Shown: piece by piece, positions 1-9,000 of the stretch
Layout: every line of letters begins with the position of its first letter
How positions within the stretch are numbered: the first letter of the stretch is position 1
NCBI GenBank assembly: GCA_036679065.1
Contig: JAZIGN010000003.1
Coordinates: 160,001 to 224,000, forward strand
Direction of reading: 5' to 3'
DNA length: 64,000 nucleotides
Source: Coprothermobacterota bacterium
GTDB taxonomy: Bacteria; Coprothermobacterota; Coprothermobacteria; Coprothermobacterales; Coprothermobacteraceae
Position numbers and translations under genes: made by a program
The notes under the pieces: generated by a model
Seen by the model: the letters and a program-made list of their open reading frames with translations, nothing else
What the model was told of the DNA's origin: nothing
Database searches by the model: none

Positions 1-170
1 CACGCCTCTAAATCACCAATGCCTCCCGAAAAAACTTATGAAAAGAAAATAACAGCTTGCAGAACCAAAGCATGAAGCTGTGCGCTTGCCACTACCAGTT
101 TTGCTTGCACAGCCTTATACGTTAAACCGCTAGCATCCATAATGCATCTACGTCTTTCTTCGCTTTTTAT

Positions 171-392
171 TTACTGGGCTCGGCGTACTCGGATGTTACC
201 TTCGCCGAATACCTTTTGACCAACCTCTTCAGCCCTTTGCCTACCTTCCTCGTAAGAATCAGCTTCCACTGTTACCATGATGAGCCTGCCCTCTTTGGCT
301 TCCACCACATAAGGCAGCTTCAAAGCCTCTTCCACCACACTACTGCTTTCAGCATTGTACGGGAAGAATTCCACCACAAACGTGTGTTGCAT
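171..392 (-). CDS. Small protein, possibly a divergent PurS-like fold
   Basis: AAGGAGGT RBS at 401-408 and ATG at 392. Pattern 'VEEAL..V.EAKEGRLIMVTVEADSYEE' resembles PurS, but the DPxG motif is absent. Confidence 0.55.
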   Translation of the reverse strand: MQHTFVVEFFPYNAESSSVVEEALKLPYVVEAKEGRLIMVTVEADSYEEGRQRAEEVGQKVFGEGNIRVRRAQ

Positions 393-607
393 TGTCAAAA
401 ACCTCCTTCGTCGAAGAGCGATTACACTTAGTATAGCACAAAGCTAATTTGGAGCCGCCCCGTGGGGTTTGTTTGGGTACGGCTCCAAACGAAAAGGAGG
501 AGGTTGAACCGATTCTCGGGCGGGCAACGTAACTTCTGTCACTTCCCGCCCTCTGCCACAAACGTAACTGTGCGTATGTCAAGTAAGCAGAGGTGACAGC
601 ATTGTTC

Positions 608-1930
608 TTAGTAAACCAAATAGATGACAAAGACCAGTGCCAGCACCGCAAGTACTGGGTGAATCTCCCTCATCTTTCCCGTAAACAGCTTCATGATGAC
701 GTAACTTAGAATGCCAAAAATGAGTCCGTTGGCTATGGAATAGGTAAAGGGCATAGCAATCATGGTAATAAAAGCTGGTATGGCCTCTGTTAGCTCAGAA
801 AAATTAATTTTCAAAATGGGCTCCATCATGAGAAAACCCACCACAATGAGAGCTGGCGCCGTAGCTGCAGAAGGCACTACTTCTGCCAAGGGCCAAAGAA
901 ACAGCGAAAGCAAAAACAGTATGCCCGTCACCAATGCCGTGGCACCTGTTTTCCCTCCTTCAGCAATACCTGCTGCTGACTCCACGTAAGTGGTCACGGT
1001 GGAGGTGCCAGCCACAGCTCCTACCATGGTGCCCACAGCATCTGTTATTAGTGCTCTGTCTGCACCTTCAAAGCTGCCATCTTCCTTTAGTATGTTCAGC
1101 TTAGCAGCCAAGCCAGCAATGGTGCCCAGCGTGTCAAACATGTCCACAAAGGTGAAGGTAAATATGATGGACACAAAGCCCCACTTTAGTGCTCCCATGA
1201 TGTCCATGGCACCAAAGGTTTGAGAAAGCTCGCCCCAGTTAGGCAGTGCCACTACTGAACCGGTGAAGTTCGTAATAGGCACACCTGTGCTGCCCTTTAT
1301 GAAAGCACCAATTATGGTGGTAATGAGGATGCCCAGTAAAATGTTGCCTCTTACACGCAGTGCCATGAGCACCACGATGATGATTAAACCAACCAATGCC
1401 AGCATGGTTTCAGGCCTGGTCACACTGCCCAAACCCACCAGCGTGGCATCATTCTTCACTACTAATCCAGAATTTATCATACCGATGAAGGCAATGAACA
1501 AACCAATACCCACCGAGGCTGCCAGTTTAATGCTTAGCGGAATAGCTTGCACAATCCAACGCCTAACAGGGGTAACCGAAAGCAGAAAGAAAATCACACC
1601 ATCAATGAACACAGCCCCAAGTGCCACCTGCCACGGTAAACCCAAGCCCAAGCATACTGAGTAGGCAAAATAGGCGTTTAACCCCATGCCAGGTGCTAAA
1701 GCGAAGGGAAGTTTAGCATAAAGACCCATCATCACCGTGGAAATACCAGCTCCAATGGCAGTTGCCATGAGAACTGCCCCCTTGGGCATGCCAGCTTCAC
1801 CCAAAATGTTTGGGTTGACAAAAAGAATGTAAGCCATGGTAATGAATGTGGTCAAGCCGGCAATGATTTCGTCAGTCCAGTTGGCACCATGCCTTTCAAA
1901 ATCTAAGTGTCGTTCCAGCCAGTTAATCAA
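608..1930 (-). CDS. NCS2/AzgA-family guanine/hypoxanthine permease
   Basis: Motifs AGLTTFITMAYI, APGMGLNAYF, ESAAGIAEGGKTG and PFTYSIANG; guanine riboswitch upstream. Confidence 0.93.
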   Translation of the reverse strand: MINWLERHLDFERHGANWTDEIIAGLTTFITMAYILFVNPNILGEAGMPKGAVLMATAIGAGISTVMMGLYAKLPFALAPGMGLNAYFAYSVCLGLGLPWQVALGAVFIDGVIFFLLSVTPVRRWIVQAIPLSIKLAASVGIGLFIAFIGMINSGLVVKNDATLVGLGSVTRPETMLALVGLIIIVVLMALRVRGNILLGILITTIIGAFIKGSTGVPITNFTGSVVALPNWGELSQTFGAMDIMGALKWGFVSIIFTFTFVDMFDTLGTIAGLAAKLNILKEDGSFEGADRALITDAVGTMVGAVAGTSTVTTYVESAAGIAEGGKTGATALVTGILFLLSLFLWPLAEVVPSAATAPALIVVGFLMMEPILKINFSELTEAIPAFITMIAMPFTYSIANGLIFGILSYVIMKLFTGKMREIHPVLAVLALVFVIYLVY

Positions 1931-2180
1931 GATAACGTCGACCTCCTTCCAAAGGCAAACAAATAAGAAGATGACCGTGCGGGAAACAACTCAAAAAACC
2001 AAAAGAAGGAGGGTTAACTAAAAACCTAAAAGACAAAGCTGTTTGCCCTCCACCCGCACAGCAGTTTTGCTGCTACTACCACCCTTACAAAGTGCAAAAA
2101 CATTGGTAGCAGCGTGTTTTAGCTTAGACCACTGGGGGTGAAGAACAAACGCCCACACGTTAAAACGCAGTTTCTTCCTC

Positions 2181-2254
2181 ACCCCTGTGGTCTGCAGATT
2201 TACGGTCTGCAGGTAGAAACTCCCCCACCGTATTTGGAGGATTACACAGGAGTA
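2181..2254 (-). ncRNA. Purine (guanine-type) riboswitch aptamer
   Basis: Minus strand reads CCTGTG-TAAT-CCTCCA-AATACGG-TGGGGGA-GTTTCTAC-CTGCAGA-CCGTAAA-TCTGCAG-AC-CACAGG. It has canonical P1-P3, the L2/L3 kissing loops, J2/3 UUUCUAC and discriminator C. Confidence 0.93.
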
Positions 2255-2339
2255 CATCATGACTTTTATTTTATGTAATTATATTCTAACTCAACCTTTG
2301 CTCAGTTTCGCATTATGTTGCAAAACCCGACTGCCCTAC

Positions 2340-2720
2340 TTAAGCCTCCTCACTACTATCGCAGGAAACCCACACAGTTATGGAAGCCACCGCAATGAAC
2401 ATGTCGTCACTCTTGTCCTGAAGCTCTTCCATGGCAACGCCCTTTGTCTTTAAGCCACCTTCCTTAACCACGATGTCAGCTTCCATGTTCAGAGGCAGTG
2501 CTTCACGCACCTTGCTTATATCCACAGTTCCAGCACCGGGCACGCCTAGGTCAATTGTGAGCTTTACTTTGCAGCTGCTTAGCAGCCCACCTTCAACCAA
2601 ACTGGGCATGCACACGCGGTGCACAGCATCCAAAATGGCTTTTTGGCAAGCATGCGTGGGGCTTTGCCCATGTTGATCAACGCCCATGCCCATTTCAATG
2701 AGAAGTTTATGCCACGCCAT
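2340..2720 (-). CDS. Lin0512-family protein
   Basis: N-terminal IEMGMGVDQHGQ motif and terminal 'IAVASITV'; GGAGGTG RBS before ATG at 2720. Confidence 0.8.
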   Translation of the reverse strand: MAWHKLLIEMGMGVDQHGQSPTHACQKAILDAVHRVCMPSLVEGGLLSSCKVKLTIDLGVPGAGTVDISKVREALPLNMEADIVVKEGGLKTKGVAMEELQDKSDDMFIAVASITVWVSCDSSEEA

Positions 2721-2774
2721 ACCTGACACACCTCCCTTCATGTGACTTATGAACTCATTTTAGCCAATAAAACA

Positions 2775-2815
2775 AAAAAGGGGCACCCCTTTTATTGGGG
2801 TACCCCTTCTTTTTG
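2775..2815 (-). terminator. Intrinsic terminator (possibly bidirectional)
   Basis: AAGGGGCACCCC / GGGGTACCCCTT stem flanked by A and T tracts. Confidence 0.75.
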
Positions 2816-2848
2816 TTTAAGTGTGTTGCTTGCTATGACGGAGCTGCG

Positions 2849-5638
2849 TTATTTCATTAGGCGAATGGTGTTGCCCAGCCACTCCACCTGGTAACCCAGC
2901 GTCTCTACCACAAATCTCAGCGGTACCATGGTTCTGCCGTTGAGAATCTCAGGAGCGACGTCCAAAGCTACGAGGTTGCCATTTACCATGGCAGTGGGCT
3001 GACCAATGATGAGCAGCATGAATGGATGTTCCTTGTCCTTCTCTGGATCCTGATCTGCCTTGAAGATGAATACCATCTTGTTGGCAGGATCGGAGAAGTC
3101 CCAAGAAGCCTTGAAGCCAACGGCCTCTGCCAAATGTCTGATTGGTACCAAGGTTCTGCCTTCCTTGATGTAAGGTGTGGCGTCCCAGAACTTGGTTTCA
3201 CCATTCACGGTGTAGATATCCATACCAGGAGCAAGCTCGATAATTGTCTCGTACTCAGGCTTAGCTTCTGCTACTACTAAGCTGAACGTGGCATCCTGAT
3301 ATCCGGCCACTTTCACAAGCACACTGTATGTGCCCATGGGCAGCTCGGGAATCAATATGCTCACAGAACCATCCGCAGCAACGTAGCCGCTGTATTCGGT
3401 GCCAAGCAGGTTAATCTTTACTTCAGTGCCAGCAGCTAAGGTAGCTCCAGCTGCATTCACAGGCGTAAAAGCTAATACCTTCGTACCGAAGGCAATTGTA
3501 GCATTTTCGACTGTAAGCTTGCCGTACACAGAGCTAAGTTCTACCTCATGTTCATAACCGCTGTTAAACTTAAAGGTCACCTTAACAGTGCCTTTCTCAG
3601 CAGTGGTCACAATGGTAGCAGTGATTGCTTCTTCTGCGATCTTCGCAGTGATGCTCTTCACAGCACCTGTGGCGGTCACACTTGTCACAGCCCTTAAATC
3701 TTCCACATTGGTAGAAGTGAAAGTCACTACGTTGGAGCTGTTCGCCAACAGTTCAGCAGGAGTAGCCGTGAACACGGGCTCCACAAAGGTCAACGTTGCA
3801 CTGCCCTGATAGTTGGCACTTTCAACAACCACCTGGTACACGCCTGCCTCTTCAGGCATGGTGTTAACAGGCAACGTTACTTTTTGCACTGTGGCAGCAC
3901 CGGTAAAGGTGTAAGCAAGAACTCCTGTGTTCTCGCCATCCGCGTCAACTAACTTCAGACTAGCGCCTCCAAGAGCTTCTGGAGAAGCCACTGTCACAGT
4001 CAATGTGGTCTTTGGACCAAGTACGATTTCGTTCTTGTCCAGAGTGATGTTGATACCGGTAGAACGTGCGATTTCGACAAATACCTTCGCCTGCAAGACA
4101 TTATTGCTTTTTACTTCTACGTAAGATTCAGCATCAGCTTTCATAATCTTGCTTCCAACAATCTCTAGTTCGTAAGTACCGTTGTTAACCAGCTCAGTTT
4201 TGCCATTGATCTCAGCGATAGGATCAGCACTGTTCACAGCGCTGAAAAACCGCACCAGCGCATTGTTCACTGGATTGCCGTAGGCATCCTTTACCACTAC
4301 GGTCAATGTTTGCGTAGCACCTCTGACCAGTTCTTCAGGATCTACAGTAGCTACGTAACCAGGAATTGTAGTGGAGAAAGTCTTGCTTATGGTCTGAGTG
4401 GGAGTGCCCACCAATACTGCTTCAACCTGTAGGGTTAGCTCACCGTAGCCTAGAGGCGTGACTTGTATGCTGTTAGTACCTGTCAACGTCTCACCATTCT
4501 CTTTCACCGGTCCACTTACTTTCACTTTAACAGAAGTTACAGTGTAACCAGCATACGGTGTACTAAATTCTACCGTGTTCAGTGCACCAATTTGCCACCT
4601 GGTAGGCCACTTAACTGCCAGGCCGTATTCTTCGCTGGTGGAAACATTGAGTTTTGCAGCCCCTGTTCCGTAGTAGTCAGGCCCATTTACCTTCACAGTA
4701 ACGTCAGCAACGCCTACACTGTTAAACTTCACACCTGTTGCTGTAATCCTACCTTGACTACCGGTTGTACCTGTAAACGTCACTGCTTCGCTTCCCAGCG
4801 TTATGGTTCCTGTAACAACGTGACGAGCTAGCTTAACATCGCCAACCAGAAGTTGTAAAGTAACATCGTTATCCACACCAGCAACGATTGTCTCAGGGTT
4901 AAGGTTAACCGTCACATCAGCCAAATTCTTAACTTCAATAGTGTAATAAGGGGCTCTGTTGTAAGTAGCAGTAGTAGTAGGCTTCTGTACTGTGATGTTG
5001 TATTTTGTCCCCACATTGCCGTAAGCGTTGAAGGTCAAGCTGAAGGTTCCAGTAGTTGCAGTACCGCTTATAGTAGCTGATGCGACTGAGCTGGTGCCTG
5101 TCCACGCGAATACTTTGTAATTATTAACATTCAGTCCCAAAGTATCTTCGAGCGGCGTAACCGTACCTGTAATGGTCACTTTCTGACCACTGGTTACCTC
5201 AGTAGGTACAGCATCCTTTGGCTCTACCTTGAAAAGCTGCAGTGGTATCCCTGCCGAAACTGTAGTGGTGCTATTAATTTCGTATGTGAGAGCGTACACC
5301 CCATCATCCAACACCGTAATATCGTTGTAGAAAACATACGCAGTAAAGTTGTTGTTCGATACTGCAACGTATAACCAAGCTGCTGCATCGAAATTAAACG
5401 ACGCTGTATCTAGACTATCAACACCATTTATGCTCCCCTGTATCATCAGTACTAGATCCTCGCTCTTGTCGGTATCATTGTCAATGTCTAAGTCCAAATC
5501 CTCTTCAGTTGTCCACACGGGCTCTTTCACCGTCATGGTGTAAATGGGGGTTGCGGCATTTGCTGTCACCACTGGTGTCAACGTCAGAGCTAAGGCAAGC
5601 ACAGCAACAAGCGCAAATAATTTCTTCATGCCTTTCAT
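2849..5638 (-). CDS. Exported multi-Ig-like surface (S-layer-like) protein with C-terminal copper amine oxidase N-terminal (stalk) domain
   Basis: Signal peptide; T/V-rich beta repeats; C-terminal 'PYIKEGRTLVPIR' and 'PEILNGRTMVPLRFVVE' motifs. Confidence 0.8.
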   Translation of the reverse strand: MKGMKKLFALVAVLALALTLTPVVTANAATPIYTMTVKEPVWTTEEDLDLDIDNDTDKSEDLVLMIQGSINGVDSLDTASFNFDAAAWLYVAVSNNNFTAYVFYNDITVLDDGVYALTYEINSTTTVSAGIPLQLFKVEPKDAVPTEVTSGQKVTITGTVTPLEDTLGLNVNNYKVFAWTGTSSVASATISGTATTGTFSLTFNAYGNVGTKYNITVQKPTTTATYNRAPYYTIEVKNLADVTVNLNPETIVAGVDNDVTLQLLVGDVKLARHVVTGTITLGSEAVTFTGTTGSQGRITATGVKFNSVGVADVTVKVNGPDYYGTGAAKLNVSTSEEYGLAVKWPTRWQIGALNTVEFSTPYAGYTVTSVKVKVSGPVKENGETLTGTNSIQVTPLGYGELTLQVEAVLVGTPTQTISKTFSTTIPGYVATVDPEELVRGATQTLTVVVKDAYGNPVNNALVRFFSAVNSADPIAEINGKTELVNNGTYELEIVGSKIMKADAESYVEVKSNNVLQAKVFVEIARSTGINITLDKNEIVLGPKTTLTVTVASPEALGGASLKLVDADGENTGVLAYTFTGAATVQKVTLPVNTMPEEAGVYQVVVESANYQGSATLTFVEPVFTATPAELLANSSNVVTFTSTNVEDLRAVTSVTATGAVKSITAKIAEEAITATIVTTAEKGTVKVTFKFNSGYEHEVELSSVYGKLTVENATIAFGTKVLAFTPVNAAGATLAAGTEVKINLLGTEYSGYVAADGSVSILIPELPMGTYSVLVKVAGYQDATFSLVVAEAKPEYETIIELAPGMDIYTVNGETKFWDATPYIKEGRTLVPIRHLAEAVGFKASWDFSDPANKMVFIFKADQDPEKDKEHPFMLLIIGQPTAMVNGNLVALDVAPEILNGRTMVPLRFVVETLGYQVEWLGNTIRLMK

Positions 5639-5654
5639 TGTTTTCCCTCCTTTT

Positions 5655-5855
5655 TCTTAAGGTGTTTGAACACACTATTAGATGTTCTAAACCCTTAGCA
5701 GGTGATCAAAAAGCAACTTCTTTTCGTCTTAGGTCATCAGAAACCCATACTGTCTTAGGTGATCAACCTTACGCTTAGATCATCCGTTCTTAGGTAATCC
5801 AAGGCTTTATTGTTCTTCTCTTAGGTGGTCAACCCCGCCAGAGGTGATCAAGATC
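5655..5855 (-). repeat. Cluster of about 7-9 degenerate CTTAGGTGATCAA motifs in the predicted 5' leader
   Basis: Cores at about 5700, 5731, 5757, 5777, 5792, 5823 and 5842 (weaker at 5660, 5680); one more copy at 11066-11078. Confidence 0.8.
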
Positions 5856-5899
5856 ATAAAGATATATACCCCACCTCGGGGTGTTCTATTACCTTTATA

Positions 5900-5915
5900 C
5901 GCAACAAACGTGCCA
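5900..5915 (-). promoter_or_regulatory. Sigma54 (-24/-12) promoter
   Basis: Minus strand TGGCACGTTTGTTGCG matches TGGCAC-N5-TTGC. Confidence 0.85.
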
Positions 5916-6053
5916 CACTTATAATTCCCTCAATAAACCCGATAAAGAAAGCACTCTAGTCGGGCAATTCGTTACATTGTATCCGTTCAACAATTAAGGG
6001 GGGCAATAAGCCCCCCTAGTTCTACATTTTTTAAAATCTAGAAAATGCCTTAG

Positions 6054-9000
6054 TTATCTCGGTATAGATAATGGCAGGTTAATTGTTATATCTCTGCTTA
6101 CTATAACCACATAGGCCTTGCCTGGCAGCATAATTCCATCAGTAACTTTTATCATCGTGCCATTGGTAGTGATAACGCTTAGTGACAGTAGTGCGTCACC
6201 AAAAAGATCATTGGCGTTAACAGGGCTATTCTGCGGTATGCTCAGGTAATTGCTAACATTGCGTTTCAACGTTATGCTGGAAGTGCCAAATACCTCTCCT
6301 TCAAGAATCACAGTTTTTGCTTCACCCAAGCTAGCGCGGTAGACTGCAAATGCCATTGGCTTTTCATCATTGGCAAGTATCCAGCTAGTCCCACTTCTAC
6401 GGTACACGTTAACTCCTGGTAGGATATCTCTTAAAGTCTTATCCACATAAATAGGCATACCGAAATAGTTTGTCCCTGCACTTAGCGACAAATCAAAAGC
6501 TACGCCGACAATTTCTTCGGCCACGTTCAAAGTGAATTCAAAAGTGCTAGTTTGACCTACACTGTCTATCGCTGTAATCTGAACTACATATTTACCAGCA
6601 GCAGCAAAGTTAAGTGTCACAGGGCTGCTATCACCTATTTTGGTGCTGTTTAGCTTCACACTGATAGAAGCGACCTTTACATCATCCGATGCAACAAATG
6701 TGAGCAATCCCTCAGCAGGTAGCGGCAAGGTAATTTCGTATTCCCCACCGTTTTCAGGTGCAATAGTTTCATCACCTATTTTAAGTTCAACTTTATCGAT
6801 TACGGGTGGAAGATCAACCCCTGACCCGTAAATGCGCAGATGTAAGGTGTACTCAGAGTTATTGCCAGCTTCGTCGACTAATTCCATGGTGTACGTTTGA
6901 GATGAACCAATGTCCAAGTTCACAGGTACAAAGAAAGTACCTTCCCCACCAGCACCAGTGTCGCCCCAACCTCCAATGTGGTCTCCGTCAAGATAGACAT
7001 CAAAATAAGTATAATCGTCAGATGCTTTAAGTACTAATTGACCTGTTGTGCTTTGCTCAGTTCTAACAAGAAGATCTATATCGTTTCCATTAATTTGTTT
7101 CCCAACTACTATAGCACCTGTGTCGCTTATGACCGTTACATCATCAATCTTTGGAGCCTGTCCATCTATGACAACGCGCCTCGAACTTGCAGAAACAAAT
7201 CCGAATGCAGACTTCACCTCGACATTAACCTGGTACCTACCTGCATCTAGCGAGTCATCTATGAATGTTGGATCGTCAAAGCTGTTCCCACTAAATACTT
7301 CAGATTTCACGATAGTTGTTTTTACTTCTCCGTTTTCCACAGCGATTCTGCTTAGGCTAACGGTTCCAGTCTTTGCAGGTCCTTCGACAACCACAGATAT
7401 GCCTGTGGAGGTACCTTGTTTTACAACCATAAATGTGGATTCAGGAATGATGGTGATCTTCAGAAGATCCAGCGAAATAGCAGTGGTAACTTTAGCCGTG
7501 TTTTCATAGATGTCTTTGGCGGTGACTTCAATTGTGTACTTCCCAGCAGCAGGAACCTTGTACTTAACCACTTCTTCGCTTACTGGTCCAAGAGCGGAAA
7601 CAACACCGGAGAACTCTTGAACCACAGAACCGTTAGTATCCTTTATAGTAACCTTATAAGTAGCTCCTGGTGCGTTAAGAACTTTGAAGCTGACCTTCAG
7701 GTATTCTCCGTCAGCTACTGCCTCCAGGTTGCCAAGCCCCACTTTTGTATTAGGGTTGTCGTAGACCAGGAATACACGTTCGCCTACGCCTACATTACCA
7801 GCGCCGTCTTCCGCTACAAGGTCATCTACAAAAATTGTTCCGTCTTCCCAATTTGTAGTACCAGTACCGTCTAATACCACTTCCAGGATGTTGTAAGTGA
7901 AGGTAGAAGTGTTCGCGGGATCAATCCCTGCAGCCTTATTTGCACCAAAAAGGTAATAACTCAGTATGGAGCTATTATCAGTACCAGTCGCCACTAGACT
8001 AAACGTCGTGGAAGTCGGAACAATGGCTCTAAATTCTTCGTCCTCGAAATCAATCAAGGTTGCGGTGGCATTCTGCCAGTCCGATAACCTTGAAATTGGA
8101 GGTGTTTTATCAACTTTTACTGGTATATCCATGACTTGAGTGGAAAGAAGTTCACTTTCATCACTGATAAGTGGGTCAGGCATGGCAACTATTCTTATGG
8201 TATATTGGCCTTCCGGCACGAAATTACCGTTACGGTCAGTGCCATCCCACTCCCAAAGCTTCGACCATCCCGTCCTTAAAGCTGCAGAAGTACTGTCACG
8301 GGAACTCACGCCAGCACGCACAAAATTCTCTGAAACTATGGTCTTAACCACCTTACCTGCGCTGTTCAGCACATTGATAGTAAGCGCACGGGCATTTCTA
8401 AGCATGCCTAGCCCCACTACAAGCCGTTCGTTCCACTCACTATAATCGGAACCAGCACTTATAGCCAGAGCTTTCGGTTCGAATTGCCCAGCTTTTCTGC
8501 CGATGTAGTAAAGACCATCTCCATACGGATAATACACGCCTGTCAATCCATCCCACGAATCAGCATTCCACCACGGTAGGTCAATAATGTTATTGTTGTC
8601 AGGCCATTTGCTATCACCGTTTATGGTGTCCCTTTCACTGTAAATAGCCCAATCACCGAAATAGCCAAGGAATGGGAAAACTCTTGCCCCATCTGCAGAA
8701 GCGAATAAAAGTCTGCCCTCAACGAAAATATTCGTCCATGCTTCCGAGGGTTGTATTGTCACCTGGACAGTCTTGCTAGCGCCTGGTTCAACACTGACAG
8801 AAGAAGGCGCCGAAACGGTTCCAACGGTATAGGTGGCTCCTTGGTTCCCGTAAACGATCTGTTCCAGACTCGTAGTCACGTAGCCACTAATGTTAGCCGT
8901 ATATGTTGTTGTACCTTTGTTTGTGATGGTTAGCGTGATCGTTTTATTGCCTGTAAACGCACCCAATTCTGCATATGGTTGACCGTTGTAGGTTATGAAC

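Noticed and set aside
448..490. tRNA/tmRNA-like end (TGGAGCCG...CGGCTCCA)
   Set aside because: No T-loop (GTTCRA), D arm or anticodon arm; it is a simple hairpin.
5655..5855. Repeat cluster as a CRISPR array
   Set aside because: Repeats are about 13 nt, degenerate and irregularly spaced, with gaps too short for spacers; no cas genes nearby.
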